From the NCBI GenBank assembly GCA_045863295.1, contig BTWA01000022.1, positions 36,366 through 100,365 of the forward strand: a stretch of 64,000 nucleotides of DNA, written 5' to 3'. Within the stretch, counting starts at the first letter, position 1. Each line of letters begins with the position of its first letter. Positions 46,833-56,221 of the stretch are shown piece by piece. This DNA comes from Candidatus Hydrogenedentota bacterium (GTDB taxonomy: Bacteria > Hydrogenedentota > Hydrogenedentia > Hydrogenedentales > SLHB01). The notes beneath the pieces were generated by a model. The model was not told where the DNA came from. It did no database searches and saw nothing but the letters and a program-made list of their open reading frames with translations. The translations under genes and the position numbers were made by a program.

Positions 46833-49298
46833 TCACTCTTCCGCCGCGGCCTCGACCTTCTCCTCCGAGACCTCTTCCTCGAAGCCGCATTCCGGCACGG
46901 GACAATTGCGCGTTGCGGGCTTGTCTTTCGGGCGCTGTACCACGGTCCAATCGTGGCCGCACTTGGGGCACGCGCTTTCTTTGTCGATTTGGCCGAACAC
47001 CGTGAAATCGCACTTGGGATAGTTGCCGCAACCGATGAACCGCCGCCGCTTGGCGAGCTTCCGCACCAATTCGCCGCCGCATTTGGGACACGGCACATCC
47101 ACTTCCATCGGCTTGGTGAATTTGCACTTCGGATACTTGGAACACCCGTAGAACGGCTCGCCCGCGCGGCTCTTGCGGATCAACAGCATCCCGCCGCAAT
47201 CCGGGCACTTTTGATCGGTCTTGATCGGCTCTTCCTTCGCCGCCGACGCCACCTTGTTGCCATTCTTGTCCAGGTTAAACGTGTTCTTGCAGGTCGGATA
47301 ATTCGAACAGGCCAGAAACTTGCCAAACCGCCCGGACCGGATCACCATCTGGCCGCCGCACTTGTCGCAGATCTCGTCGGTCGGTTCGGCCACGGTCTTG
47401 GCCTTCAAGCTGATTTTGCCGTCGCAGTCCTTCTTCTTGCACGCCAGGTAGGGACCAAAAAACCCCTCGCGTAACTCGATCTCGCCGCCGCACTTCGGAC
47501 ACACCGCATCGTCGCCAACCCGTTCCGCGATCATCCGCTTCTGGGCAGCCGTCAAATCCTTCTCGAAAGGCACGTAGAACTCGCGGATCAACTCATGCCA
47601 TTCGCGGGTGCCTTCTTCAACGTGATCCAGATCCGCTTCTAGGCGAGCCGTAAACCCGTAGTCGAGAATATCCTCGAACAACTTCACCAGCAGCGCATTC
47701 ACCTCTTCGCCCAACTCCGTGGGCCGCAACCGCCCCTGAACGCGGTCCACATACCCCCGCTCCAGAATCGTGTTAATGGTCGGCGCGTACGTGCTGGGCC
47801 GGCCGATCCCCTGCTCTTCCAGGGCGCGGATGAGGCTCGCTTCGGAATAGCGCGGCGGCGGTTTGGTGAAATGCTGTTCCGGCTTCAGTTCGCGGGCGGA
47901 CAACGTCTCGCGCTCGCGGACTTCCGGCAGCAACTTGTCGGCATCGCTCTCGCCGTTGGTGTCGTCTTTGTCTTCATTATAAAGGATGGTAAACCCGGGA
48001 AATTTCATCACCGATCCGGTCGCGCGAAACTCGGCTTCGCCCGCCTCGATATCCACTGTCGTCTGATCCAACACCGCGGGCGACATCTGACACGCCACAA
48101 ACCGCTTCCAGATCAACGTATAAAGTTTGAGTTGCTCGTCGCTCAAATACTTCGCCATAGCCTCGGGCGTCCGGCTCACCACAGTGGGGCGAATGGCCTC
48201 GTGCGCGTCTTGCGCGTCCTTCTTGGTCACGTAACGGTTGGCCGATTCCGGCAAATACGGCGGTTGGTAGTTCTGCGTGATGTAGGCCCGCACATCCTGG
48301 AGGGCGTCGTCCGCCAGCCGGGTCGAATCGGTACGCATGTAGGTAATCAGACCGTCGGTGCCGTCGGGACCAAGGTCAAGGCCTTCGTACAGTTGCTGGG
48401 CGATAATCATCGTGCGGCGCGGAGTGAACCCCAACTTGCGCGAGGCTTCCTGCTGCAACGTACTCGTGATAAACGGCGCATAGGGTCGCCGCCGCACTTC
48501 CTTCTTCTCGACCGACTTGACGGAAAAGGGCACGATGGATTCGATGCCGTGGATGACGACCGCGCCGGGTTCTTCCCCGGAAACCGCGTTCACCTTCAAA
48601 GCCTTCAACACGTCAAGCATCTGATCCCGCGAACCGATTTCCGCTTTTTCGCCCCGGAACCGGTTAAGCCGTGCCGTCAAGGATTTTGCTTCTTGTGTCA
48701 ATAATTCCGCTTCAAGCGACCAGTATTCGACCGGCACAAACGCTCGGATTTCCGATTCCCGATCACATACCATTCGAACCGCCACGGATTGCACACGGCC
48801 CGCGCTCAATCCCTTCCGAATGGACCAATTCAACAGCGGGCTAATCTTGTACCCCACCAACCGGTCCAGCACGCGGCGCGCCTGCTGCGCGTTCACCAGG
48901 TTTGAATCGATGTCGCGGGGGTGCTTAGTCGCCTCGGTAACGCTTTTCTTCGTTATCTCATTAAAGACGATACGCCGGATATCGAGGTCCTTCTTGGACT
49001 TCTTGAGAATCTCCGCCACGTGCCAGCCGATGGCCTCCCCCTCGCGATCCGGGTCGGATGCCACCAACACCGTCTGGACCTTATCCGCAACCGCCTTCAA
49101 TTCCTTGATGGCCTTGGCCGAATCCCGGAGATTCACGTATTTGGGGTTGAAATCGTTCTCGATATCGACGCCCAAATCGCTTTTGGGCAGATCCCGCACG
49201 TGCCCATAACTGGCCCGAACCACGTAGTTCGACCCCAGAAATTTGTTGATGGTCTTCGCTTTGGCCGGTGATTCCACGACCACCAAATATTTCGCCAT
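46833..49298 (-). CDS. topA: DNA topoisomerase I with C-terminal zinc ribbons
   Basis: LVVVESPAKAKTI, DPDREGEAI (TOPRIM), SAGRVQS, ITYMRTDS (catalytic Tyr), GIGRPSTY and five C4 motifs. Confidence 0.98.
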   Translation of the reverse strand: MAKYLVVVESPAKAKTINKFLGSNYVVRASYGHVRDLPKSDLGVDIENDFNPKYVNLRDSAKAIKELKAVADKVQTVLVASDPDREGEAIGWHVAEILKKSKKDLDIRRIVFNEITKKSVTEATKHPRDIDSNLVNAQQARRVLDRLVGYKISPLLNWSIRKGLSAGRVQSVAVRMVCDRESEIRAFVPVEYWSLEAELLTQEAKSLTARLNRFRGEKAEIGSRDQMLDVLKALKVNAVSGEEPGAVVIHGIESIVPFSVKSVEKKEVRRRPYAPFITSTLQQEASRKLGFTPRRTMIIAQQLYEGLDLGPDGTDGLITYMRTDSTRLADDALQDVRAYITQNYQPPYLPESANRYVTKKDAQDAHEAIRPTVVSRTPEAMAKYLSDEQLKLYTLIWKRFVACQMSPAVLDQTTVDIEAGEAEFRATGSVMKFPGFTILYNEDKDDTNGESDADKLLPEVRERETLSARELKPEQHFTKPPPRYSEASLIRALEEQGIGRPSTYAPTINTILERGYVDRVQGRLRPTELGEEVNALLVKLFEDILDYGFTARLEADLDHVEEGTREWHELIREFYVPFEKDLTAAQKRMIAERVGDDAVCPKCGGEIELREGFFGPYLACKKKDCDGKISLKAKTVAEPTDEICDKCGGQMVIRSGRFGKFLACSNYPTCKNTFNLDKNGNKVASAAKEEPIKTDQKCPDCGGMLLIRKSRAGEPFYGCSKYPKCKFTKPMEVDVPCPKCGGELVRKLAKRRRFIGCGNYPKCDFTVFGQIDKESACPKCGHDWTVVQRPKDKPATRNCPVPECGFEEEVSEEKVEAAAEE

Positions 49299-49570
49299 TG
49301 TCGCACTAATCCTTACAAAACGTTACAGCAGCCTGACTTACATCGAAGGATGGCCTGCCCAAGCCTTCCCGCTCCCTCTTTCGGATGGTACCACATTCAA
49401 TTGGAACCGCAAGTTCCCGGGGGTGGTGTATAGCCGCTTTGGGGTAGAAAATGCAAAAACGCCGCACCCCGCATCGGGATGGGGCGTCCTGCCAAGAGGT
49501 AACCAAAGTCGAATCACGGAACGCACCGGGACGTGCACGGTCCCGGTCAAAACCGGCACACAAAAGGCGC

Positions 49571-50032
49571 CTAATGGAAAACCATGTCCTGATTTTCCAT
49601 GACACTCAGTATGGTCTGCTGCGACTCGTAGTCGCGCGTGCTGCAAATGAGCCACGCGACCAGATAGTCCAATTCACCCATGCCAATCTCGCCTTCAAAG
49701 TGGTCGAGACGGTCCAGTAACATTTCCCGTTCCGCCGCATCGATGAGGCCGTAATGCTCCAGCCGCGCCAAACCGTCGCGAGCTTCCGGGGTAAGCTTAT
49801 ATTCCTCAAGGGCTGAAAGTTGCCGGGCCGGCTGAGGCTGATACGAACGAACCTTCGGCCGGGTGCGCAAATGGGTCGCGACAAAACGCATTGCGGCGTC
49901 GATATCGGGCTTCTTGTAACCTTGCCGGACCAACCAACTTCGCAGACCTGTTTCAGACGGGAGGGACTCGGGGGAATGTTCTTCCAATCGCTTTAATATG
50001 ACGTCAATGATCTTCACGAGGGATTGCTTCAT
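49571..50032 (-). CDS. DUF494/Smg family protein
   Basis: L..QGY...DIDAA, R.LS..E..KL..EAR..L..L..YGLID..ERE pattern; upstream of topA as in the common dprA-smg-topA context; GGAG RBS. Confidence 0.75.
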   Translation of the reverse strand: MKQSLVKIIDVILKRLEEHSPESLPSETGLRSWLVRQGYKKPDIDAAMRFVATHLRTRPKVRSYQPQPARQLSALEEYKLTPEARDGLARLEHYGLIDAAEREMLLDRLDHFEGEIGMGELDYLVAWLICSTRDYESQQTILSVMENQDMVFH

Positions 50033-50090
50033 TCGGCACTCCTATCCGCCTTCCCCTCGGGGAAGGGCTGATGCCCCTGTGATGGCCGCT

Positions 50091-50119
50091 ATTGTAGGGT
50101 TCCGCGGGCCGCGTGTCAA
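50091..50119 (-). promoter_or_regulatory. Sigma70 promoter for smg-topA
   Basis: Minus strand TTGACA-17 bp-TACAAT. Confidence 0.75.
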
Positions 50120-50270
50120 TCGGTAGTATTTGGAGCGACGCACAAACTGCGAATACTGCGAACAAACAAAGCGACACAACCGGGAAACTGTCCAATCAGA
50201 CCGCGGGCTATGCCTACTGCAGGTGAATTCATTTGCGGCGCTATGCACAAGATTAGGCCGAACTACGTAG

Positions 50271-50519
50271 TTGTCATCATCACGGCCAGCCAAGGTTGGG
50301 CGGGAATTGGCCGACTGGGATCATATGCTCCAGCAGAGCCACACCCGACATAACTGCCGCCACTTGACGTCGGCTACCCGGTACGGATGATGCCCGTCGA
50401 AAGTGACGAGTTGATCGTCCAAGGCTTGTGCTCTGCTCTCTTGCCATCGACCGTCCCGCCTTCCGTGGCAACAGCTTTGTGAACCGTCGGGACGCACGCC
50501 ATTACTTTGATGATGACAA
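50271..50519. ncRNA. Candidate structured non-coding RNA (rod-like hairpin closed by a 12-bp IR), family unknown
   Basis: TTGTCATCATCA / TGATGATGACAA outer IR; nested stems GGCGGGA/TCCCGCC, AGCAGAGC/GCTCTGCT, CACTT/AAGTG, GACG/CGTC over 50298-50461; no credible ORF. Confidence 0.5.
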
Positions 50520-50636
50520 TCTTGACGGAACTGGCGAGGAACACGCAGCAGGAAGACCTCGCATAAGTAACTTACCGGCAGGGAGGGCCGTCACCCCTTC
50601 CAACTATCACTTGCCCGTCGCTTTACCTAGTTTGGC

Positions 50637-51914
50637 TCATGGCTCGTGAGTGACTGTCCAGACAAGGTCTTGTCCTTCGATTCCGCCATTGTCTTTGCCG
50701 TCGGGACCTATGCTGAGAAGGGTGTAGCCGTTGGCTTCGTGGGTGTAGGTCATGGGACTGGCGCTGAAGGCATCTTGAGGGACGGCCGTCATGAACTGAG
50801 GCACGAGGGCATCGAGCGTGTCGGGGTACCTCCCGAGTTGGCGTTTATAATGGTTCAGTGCGATTGCGGTTTGAAATTGAGTCACGTAAATCTTGAATTC
50901 TGCGTCGGATTGGGCGGATCGCAGCACGTTGGGGACGGTCATTTGAAGGAGTGGGGTTAAGGTGATTCGGCGTCCCCCCGCGTGTTTGTACGTATCGAGC
51001 AATTCGACTCTTTGCTGATAGGTATCTCTTTTCATGGCTTCGTCCAAGTTCATCACGAAGCGTAATGTCGCGATTTCGTTGAGGGCTCCGAACAGGCGCA
51101 ACGGCGATTGTTCGTACAGAAAGTCGTTCATTTGCTTGGTCTCGTTGACGATTGCGCGTTTGAAGTTGTCGGAATCGCCGAGTCGCTTGAGTTCGCGTTC
51201 GATGCCGGTAGTTTCGTCGAGATGGGTCATGCCGAGAATCTTCTGTGCCGCACTCCTGCCATTCATGGCGCTTCCTTGCGCAATCATGCACCAGATCAGG
51301 TTGGGATTGCCTTCGCAGTTGTTTGCGAGGTTGAGGGCCGCGGCCAGGTAATTTGATGCGGCTCTGGCGTCGCCATCGTAGGCGGAGAGGATAGCTTGAG
51401 CATTTAAGTAACTGGCCAAGCCGCGCATTTCGTCGATATGGGTGAGGTAGTCATTGTTCTCGATCGCCGGCTTGTATACGGCAGCGGTCTTGGTGGCCAC
51501 GTGCATCAGGATGTCGATCGCGGGGCTGGCAGATTCGATGCGGGTACGCAAAGGATCGCCGGGGGCGGGCGTTGCCGTGGTCTGAAGGATAAGCGTAAGC
51601 GGGTCGTTTTGATTCGGGACGTTGAATCCGGGATCCGCCTTGCTTAAGAGCAATGCGGCGTACCGGTAGTAACGGGCCGCGTCGAACCTGGGTTCGACCT
51701 GATCGCGCATGGCCTCGCTGACGATCATGGGTTGGAATCGATCGTCGAAACCTTCGCGCTGCTCGACGGCACGCGCAAGGTAGATCTGATCGGCGATGAG
51801 ATAGAGAATGACCGCGAGGATCGCGAATAGCGTGGCATAGGATGCGAAGCGGGACAGGATACGCCCGATGCGTCGCCGGAATGGGGTAGTTGGGGTATCG
51901 ATATTGGAATTCAT
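50637..51914 (-). CDS. Membrane-anchored hypothetical protein with GspG-like C-terminal domain
   Basis: N-terminal TM; C-terminal YKRQLGRYPDTLDALVP..VPQDAF..YTLLSIGPDGKDNGG; AAGGAG RBS. Confidence 0.7.
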   Translation of the reverse strand: MNSNIDTPTTPFRRRIGRILSRFASYATLFAILAVILYLIADQIYLARAVEQREGFDDRFQPMIVSEAMRDQVEPRFDAARYYRYAALLLSKADPGFNVPNQNDPLTLILQTTATPAPGDPLRTRIESASPAIDILMHVATKTAAVYKPAIENNDYLTHIDEMRGLASYLNAQAILSAYDGDARAASNYLAAALNLANNCEGNPNLIWCMIAQGSAMNGRSAAQKILGMTHLDETTGIERELKRLGDSDNFKRAIVNETKQMNDFLYEQSPLRLFGALNEIATLRFVMNLDEAMKRDTYQQRVELLDTYKHAGGRRITLTPLLQMTVPNVLRSAQSDAEFKIYVTQFQTAIALNHYKRQLGRYPDTLDALVPQFMTAVPQDAFSASPMTYTHEANGYTLLSIGPDGKDNGGIEGQDLVWTVTHEP

Positions 51915-51940
51915 GTGCAAGGCTCCTTGCATCGATCCGG

Positions 51941-52032
51941 TTCTGCCGTCCCTACGGGACTCGACTTCAAATTGTGAATCGTACCCAGCCTTGGAAAGGC
52001 TGGGCTATTTTCGGTCGTCCCTACGGGACTGA
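51941..52032. repeat. REP-like triple-hairpin element
   Basis: Two CGTCCCTACGGGACT copies around CCCAGCC-TTGGAAA-GGCTGGG; same layout as 44576-44661 in the opposite orientation. Confidence 0.75.
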
Positions 52033-52170
52033 AGACTGTTGAGCATGGAGCGCGAAAAATGGGGGCTGGCTTCGAATTCCGCCTTCCCATACTGTGCATG
52101 ATTGCATAAACTCCAAACTCAGCATCGAAGCGCTCAGCCATACCCTAACGAGGGAATTCGGTGCCTGCCC

Positions 52171-53460
52171 CTATTTTTCGATTTGCCAGACAATGTCGTA
52201 GGTCTCAGAAAGGCCATCGCGTTCCAGTCCGTCGTTGTCTTGTTGATCGGGACCGACGCTGTAGAGCGTGTATCCGCTATCGTGTTTGCGATAGATCATT
52301 GGTCCTTCAACGAACCAGTCGATGGGAACAGATTCGATGAATTCGGGGACGAGTTGATCAAGCGAGTCGGGGTACTGGCCATTGGCAATCCGGTAGCGGC
52401 AAAGTGCCAATGCGATTTCGAATTGCCTGCAATTCGCATTCACGATGTCGTGGTTTTCAACGTCCGCCTCGGTCATGGGAACGATCATGTGCATGGTCCA
52501 ATACAAGGTAAACGGACCGCTGACCGCCTCTTTGACGGCAACCCGGCGTATGGCCTCGCGTTCCTGAAACGTATCCTGCTTCAGAGCCTCGTCCAGCGCG
52601 GTCGTATAATCAACCCATTTGATCTCGGCCAATGAAATGGGCAGTCGAAGTGGGAATGTCTCCGCAGAATAATCGCCGCTCATTCGCGCTTCGCCGGCAA
52701 TCATGCGAACTGCATTCCGTGGATTGGCGAGATCGTTCAACTCGGAAATCAAATCCGTATCGTTGGCGGGGTAAGTCTGGATGTGTGCAAGTACTTTCCG
52801 GGCACTCAGGAATGTCATGTCAGCAATGGCCCGCTGATTGAGCGACGTTATCAGGAGCGGCGTGTCGTCAAGCGCGTTCGCCATGCCGAGTGCCGCACGT
52901 AGGCATTCAAAGGAGGTAACCGGATCGCCGTCGAATGCCGACACTATTGCTTTCAACAAGGTCAATCGGGTTAGTGCCCGGATGTCGGACGCGTGAAACA
53001 CGGGCAGATCGCCTTCCATGATGGGCCGGAAAACCGCATCCGGGTCTCTGGCGGCGGCCAGCACCAGGTCAAGCGCAGGTTGCGCCATTGACAAGTATGC
53101 CCGAATATCCGCATTGGGCGGACTTGGCGGATCCGACGATAGCCACGTTTGCCACGATTCCGCGGGGATGTCCGATGTCGCTTCATCCAGTAGTGCCCTT
53201 GCATACTCGTAAATGCGGGCCGTGTCGTGTTCGAGCGATTTCGGCTTCGGGCGCAACTCGTCATAGGTTGCGCCACCGAAGCGTTCCGCGAATTCGGCGC
53301 GTTTTTGGATTGCCTTGTTCGCATAGACCTTGTCGGCAATGGCATAGCCGATCGCTAAGACAGCAGTCAGTGCGGCAGCCAATACCGCAATCCGCTTGAG
53401 CCATCGTTTGATCCGGCCGCGGCGCGGTTTCGCTGGTTTAGTCTGGTCAGATGTTGACAT
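52171..53460 (-). CDS. Membrane-anchored hypothetical protein with GspG-like C-terminal domain (paralogue of 50637-51914)
   Basis: Shared IAD..Y...A...R..F..RF, D.AR.Y.YA..LL and YP.SLD.LVP.F...VP.D.F...M.Y...GYTL.S.GPD..DN.G. Confidence 0.7.
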   Translation of the reverse strand: MSTSDQTKPAKPRRGRIKRWLKRIAVLAAALTAVLAIGYAIADKVYANKAIQKRAEFAERFGGATYDELRPKPKSLEHDTARIYEYARALLDEATSDIPAESWQTWLSSDPPSPPNADIRAYLSMAQPALDLVLAAARDPDAVFRPIMEGDLPVFHASDIRALTRLTLLKAIVSAFDGDPVTSFECLRAALGMANALDDTPLLITSLNQRAIADMTFLSARKVLAHIQTYPANDTDLISELNDLANPRNAVRMIAGEARMSGDYSAETFPLRLPISLAEIKWVDYTTALDEALKQDTFQEREAIRRVAVKEAVSGPFTLYWTMHMIVPMTEADVENHDIVNANCRQFEIALALCRYRIANGQYPDSLDQLVPEFIESVPIDWFVEGPMIYRKHDSGYTLYSVGPDQQDNDGLERDGLSETYDIVWQIEK

Positions 53461-53878
53461 GGTTATCCCGTTCAAATTTCAAGTTGATGTGCGCGGCCAA
53501 GGCCTGTTCGATTTGAACTGGCGATGGCGGCATGCGATTGGGCACCGGCCTGGACAGTTGCGCGGTCAGGTATTCGCGCATCTCCGGCGTAGTCGAGTCG
53601 GCGAACGTCGCTTCCACTTCTGTCTTTATCTCTGACTTCCGTTCGGCCATTTGAAGATGACTGGCGTCCGCGCGGCGGGCGCTGATTCTCTTTTCATTCC
53701 ATTGTGCCCAGCCGAATGTAACGACGAGCGCGGCCAAGGCCAGGCGAATGGCCGGGGCGGTCCAGTGGCGATCTGTTTCGTATTCCGATTTAGCGGCCAC
53801 AGCCAGCACCCGTGCGCGCACGTGTGCACCAGGCGCAACCGGGCGATATCGTTTCAATTGATCTTCAGTGGGATCCAT
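53447..53878 (-). CDS. Putative single-TM anti-sigma factor
   Basis: MDPTEDQLKRYRPVAPGAHVRARVL followed by one TM; overlaps the ECF stop codon. Confidence 0.65.
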   Translation of the reverse strand: MDPTEDQLKRYRPVAPGAHVRARVLAVAAKSEYETDRHWTAPAIRLALAALVVTFGWAQWNEKRISARRADASHLQMAERKSEIKTEVEATFADSTTPEMREYLTAQLSRPVPNRMPPSPVQIEQALAAHINLKFERDNHVNI

Positions 53879-54425
53879 GTTCGTCTTCCTGCATGAGGAT
53901 TCGGAGTTTTTCCAATCCATACCGGTAACGGCTGGCCGCGGTTGCCAGGGAACATCCGGTGATGTTGGCGATTTGGCGAAAGGTGAGTTCTTCGTACGTC
54001 TTGAGCAACACGACTTCGCGTTGCTCCGGAGGCAAGGCGTTGATGGCCGCATTCATTCGGGCCAATTGTTCTGCGTTTACACCGTCCTCTGCCTCCACCA
54101 GAATTGGCGATTCGATCGGCACATTGCCGCGTACCGCTTGTTTACGGAGTTGACTGATAGCGGCATTCCGGGCCGCCCGGTAAAGGTACCCCACCGGATT
54201 GCGCAGGCCGAACCAGCGGTTCTGGCGCTCGTATACCTTTATAAAGACGTCCTGCACGATATCCTCCGCTTCGGTGGGAATGCGCACCAGGGACAAGACG
54301 AAGGCGTACACGCCCGCCGCGTGCCGGTCGTAAAAGTCCATGAAGCCCGCCGGGCCGGACTGTTCGTGTGATTTCCTGGCTACGGCCGGACCTCCCGCGG
54401 CTGATCGTATGACGGCTTCATGCAC
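53865..54425 (-). CDS. ECF sigma-70 factor
   Basis: EAEDIVQDVF, YLYRAARN, LPPEQREVVLLK..EELTFRQIA..TAASRYRYGLEKLR. Confidence 0.92.
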   Translation of the reverse strand: MHEAVIRSAAGGPAVARKSHEQSGPAGFMDFYDRHAAGVYAFVLSLVRIPTEAEDIVQDVFIKVYERQNRWFGLRNPVGYLYRAARNAAISQLRKQAVRGNVPIESPILVEAEDGVNAEQLARMNAAINALPPEQREVVLLKTYEELTFRQIANITGCSLATAASRYRYGLEKLRILMQEDEHGSH

Positions 54426-54519
54426 CTCCGTGACCCTTTCTGAGAGTACAACGCGCGAGGTGGCTGGATTTATCTATGGGAATTCAGCGGGAACGGATGC
54501 AATACGATTGTCCCGTCTA

Positions 54520-55632
54520 TTATCTATTCAACACGGCATCCACAAAGTCAAAAGCCTTTTCCCCGCGGAACTCGTGGCCGCCGTCATGTTCGACGTATTT
54601 GAATTGATCCGGAACGCCCATCTGTTCCCAATGGATTTTGGCGCGCTGGGCTTCGGCGCGGGCGCCTTCGACGGCGAAGAGGGTATCGCTGATGCCGACT
54701 TCCACCATGAACGGCCGGGGGCAAATGAGCGCGCACACCTCCGCGTCGCCGAATTCGTTGAGGCTGTTGAATTGCATCCAGTCGCTCCAGGGATAGCGGA
54801 CGCGTTCGTTGAAGTAGCAGGAACTGACGGCCACTTTGATGCGCGGTTCGAGCGCCATCGCCCAGAGCGTGTAAAGGCCGCCGTAGGAAAGCCCCATCAT
54901 GCCAACGCGATTGGGATCGATCTCCGGACGTTTTAACACTGCATCGAGCCCTTTTGATATTTTCCACAGTTCAATCGCCAGGATTGATGTGCCGGCGTAT
55001 CGCAGATCATCGTCGAGTTTTTTGCGCGCCGGACCTTCAATCGGTTCGTCTCCCTTGAACGGAAACAGGAGTCCCGGTGACCACGTAGCGTAGCCCCGTT
55101 CTAGCGCCCGATGCACAAACCAGCCATAGTTCCCGCTGCCCATGCCGTCGTCCGGTGAAAACCCTTGGATCAATTCAGGGTTGCCGCCGCCGCCGTGCTG
55201 GCAGATGATCAATGGCGCGGGATCGGTCGCGTTTCTCGGAATGGATAACATGCCGTATGCTTCAACGCCGTCCAATACTTCCACCCACATGCGGTATATC
55301 GAGGCATACGCATCGTCTGCCACATGTTCCCAGCGTGCCTCCTGGCCTTCCTTGGCCAACGGCGGCGGATACCCAATTCGAGTTTTAATATGACTCGCGA
55401 GTTCGTTCACCGAGGCCGCATACGCTTCGGGCGATGTGTAGTCGGGGTGAAAGAATGCTTCGCGCCGTTCGGTTGACGCGTCATTCAGACGCTTTAGATA
55501 GTCGCTGATCTGGTTGAACTGGATTTGGCGGTTGGGTCTGGATGCTTCGATTTCCTCGCGATGCCGATCGGGAAACTGTCCGAAACCGGCGGCCACGGCG
55601 AGAATTGTTAGGGTCAGGTTAAGAGAAGTCAT
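54520..55632 (-). CDS. Secreted alpha/beta hydrolase (acetylxylan-esterase/dienelactone-hydrolase-like)
   Basis: ICQHGGGG, GLSYGG nucleophile, LICPRP, GGHEF; ATG at 55632. Confidence 0.85.
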   Translation of the reverse strand: MTSLNLTLTILAVAAGFGQFPDRHREEIEASRPNRQIQFNQISDYLKRLNDASTERREAFFHPDYTSPEAYAASVNELASHIKTRIGYPPPLAKEGQEARWEHVADDAYASIYRMWVEVLDGVEAYGMLSIPRNATDPAPLIICQHGGGGNPELIQGFSPDDGMGSGNYGWFVHRALERGYATWSPGLLFPFKGDEPIEGPARKKLDDDLRYAGTSILAIELWKISKGLDAVLKRPEIDPNRVGMMGLSYGGLYTLWAMALEPRIKVAVSSCYFNERVRYPWSDWMQFNSLNEFGDAEVCALICPRPFMVEVGISDTLFAVEGARAEAQRAKIHWEQMGVPDQFKYVEHDGGHEFRGEKAFDFVDAVLNR

Positions 55633-55775
55633 GCATTGTTTTCCTCTGAATGTAATTCGCCATGATACGTCGTAACTGGAAATACTGCCAATGGATCGAT
55701 AATTTCGTGAAATAATTCTCAAATGTAAAACCTACTTAACGTTATATTCCTGATTCATTTTGATTTTTCTAGGTA

Positions 55776-55804
55776 TTGACAGAATGCGCAAGCCCGTCTA
55801 TGCT
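55776..55804 (+). promoter_or_regulatory. Sigma70 promoter of the cold-shock gene
   Basis: TTGACA-17 bp-TATGCT preceded by an AT-rich tract. Confidence 0.7.
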
Positions 55805-55906
55805 GACTGTTGTGTTTGGTAGTGGCGGCATGTTGGGAGGCATGCCAAGGTGCCCATGAGCCTCGCCGGTATCCCCCACCGGCATGGACTTGGGGAGGGA
55901 AGTAAC

Positions 55907-56149
55907 GTGTCAGACAACGGGAATGGGAATGGGAACGAGAAAATCAAAGGGTTCGTGAAGTGGTTCAACAACCAGAAAGGGTACGGGTTCATCATCCTCA
56001 ATGAGGAGAGTCCGGACATCTTCGTGCATCACACCGCCATTACGATGGAAGGGTACCGCACCCTGCGCGAGGGCGAGGAAGTGGTGTTCGATTTGATGGA
56101 TAGTCCGAAGGGATTGCAGGCGGTAAACGTCAAGCCTGTAATCGCGTAG
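55907..56149 (+). CDS. Cold-shock domain protein (CspA family)
   Basis: GFVKWFNNQKGYGFI (RNP1), DIFVHHTAI (RNP2), KGLQAVNV; GTG after GGGAGG. Confidence 0.95.
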   Translation: MSDNGNGNGNEKIKGFVKWFNNQKGYGFIILNEESPDIFVHHTAITMEGYRTLREGEEVVFDLMDSPKGLQAVNVKPVIA

Positions 56150-56221
56150 GCAGAGCAACGAATCCTTGGCGCCGCCTGTATGCATGGCGTGTAGTGGCGG
56201 GAATGTGTAAAGTTAGTCGTC

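Noticed and set aside
50271..50519. Assignment as SRP RNA, RNase P RNA, tmRNA or a complete retron
   Set aside because: Diagnostic motifs (SRP GGAA loop with AGCAG, RNase P GAGGAAAGTCC, tRNA-like ends) are absent and no reverse transcriptase ORF is in the window; kept only as an unassigned candidate
52055..52095. GGCTTCGAATTCC as a tRNA/tmRNA T-arm or att site
   Set aside because: No cloverleaf, acceptor stem or CCA end could be built around it
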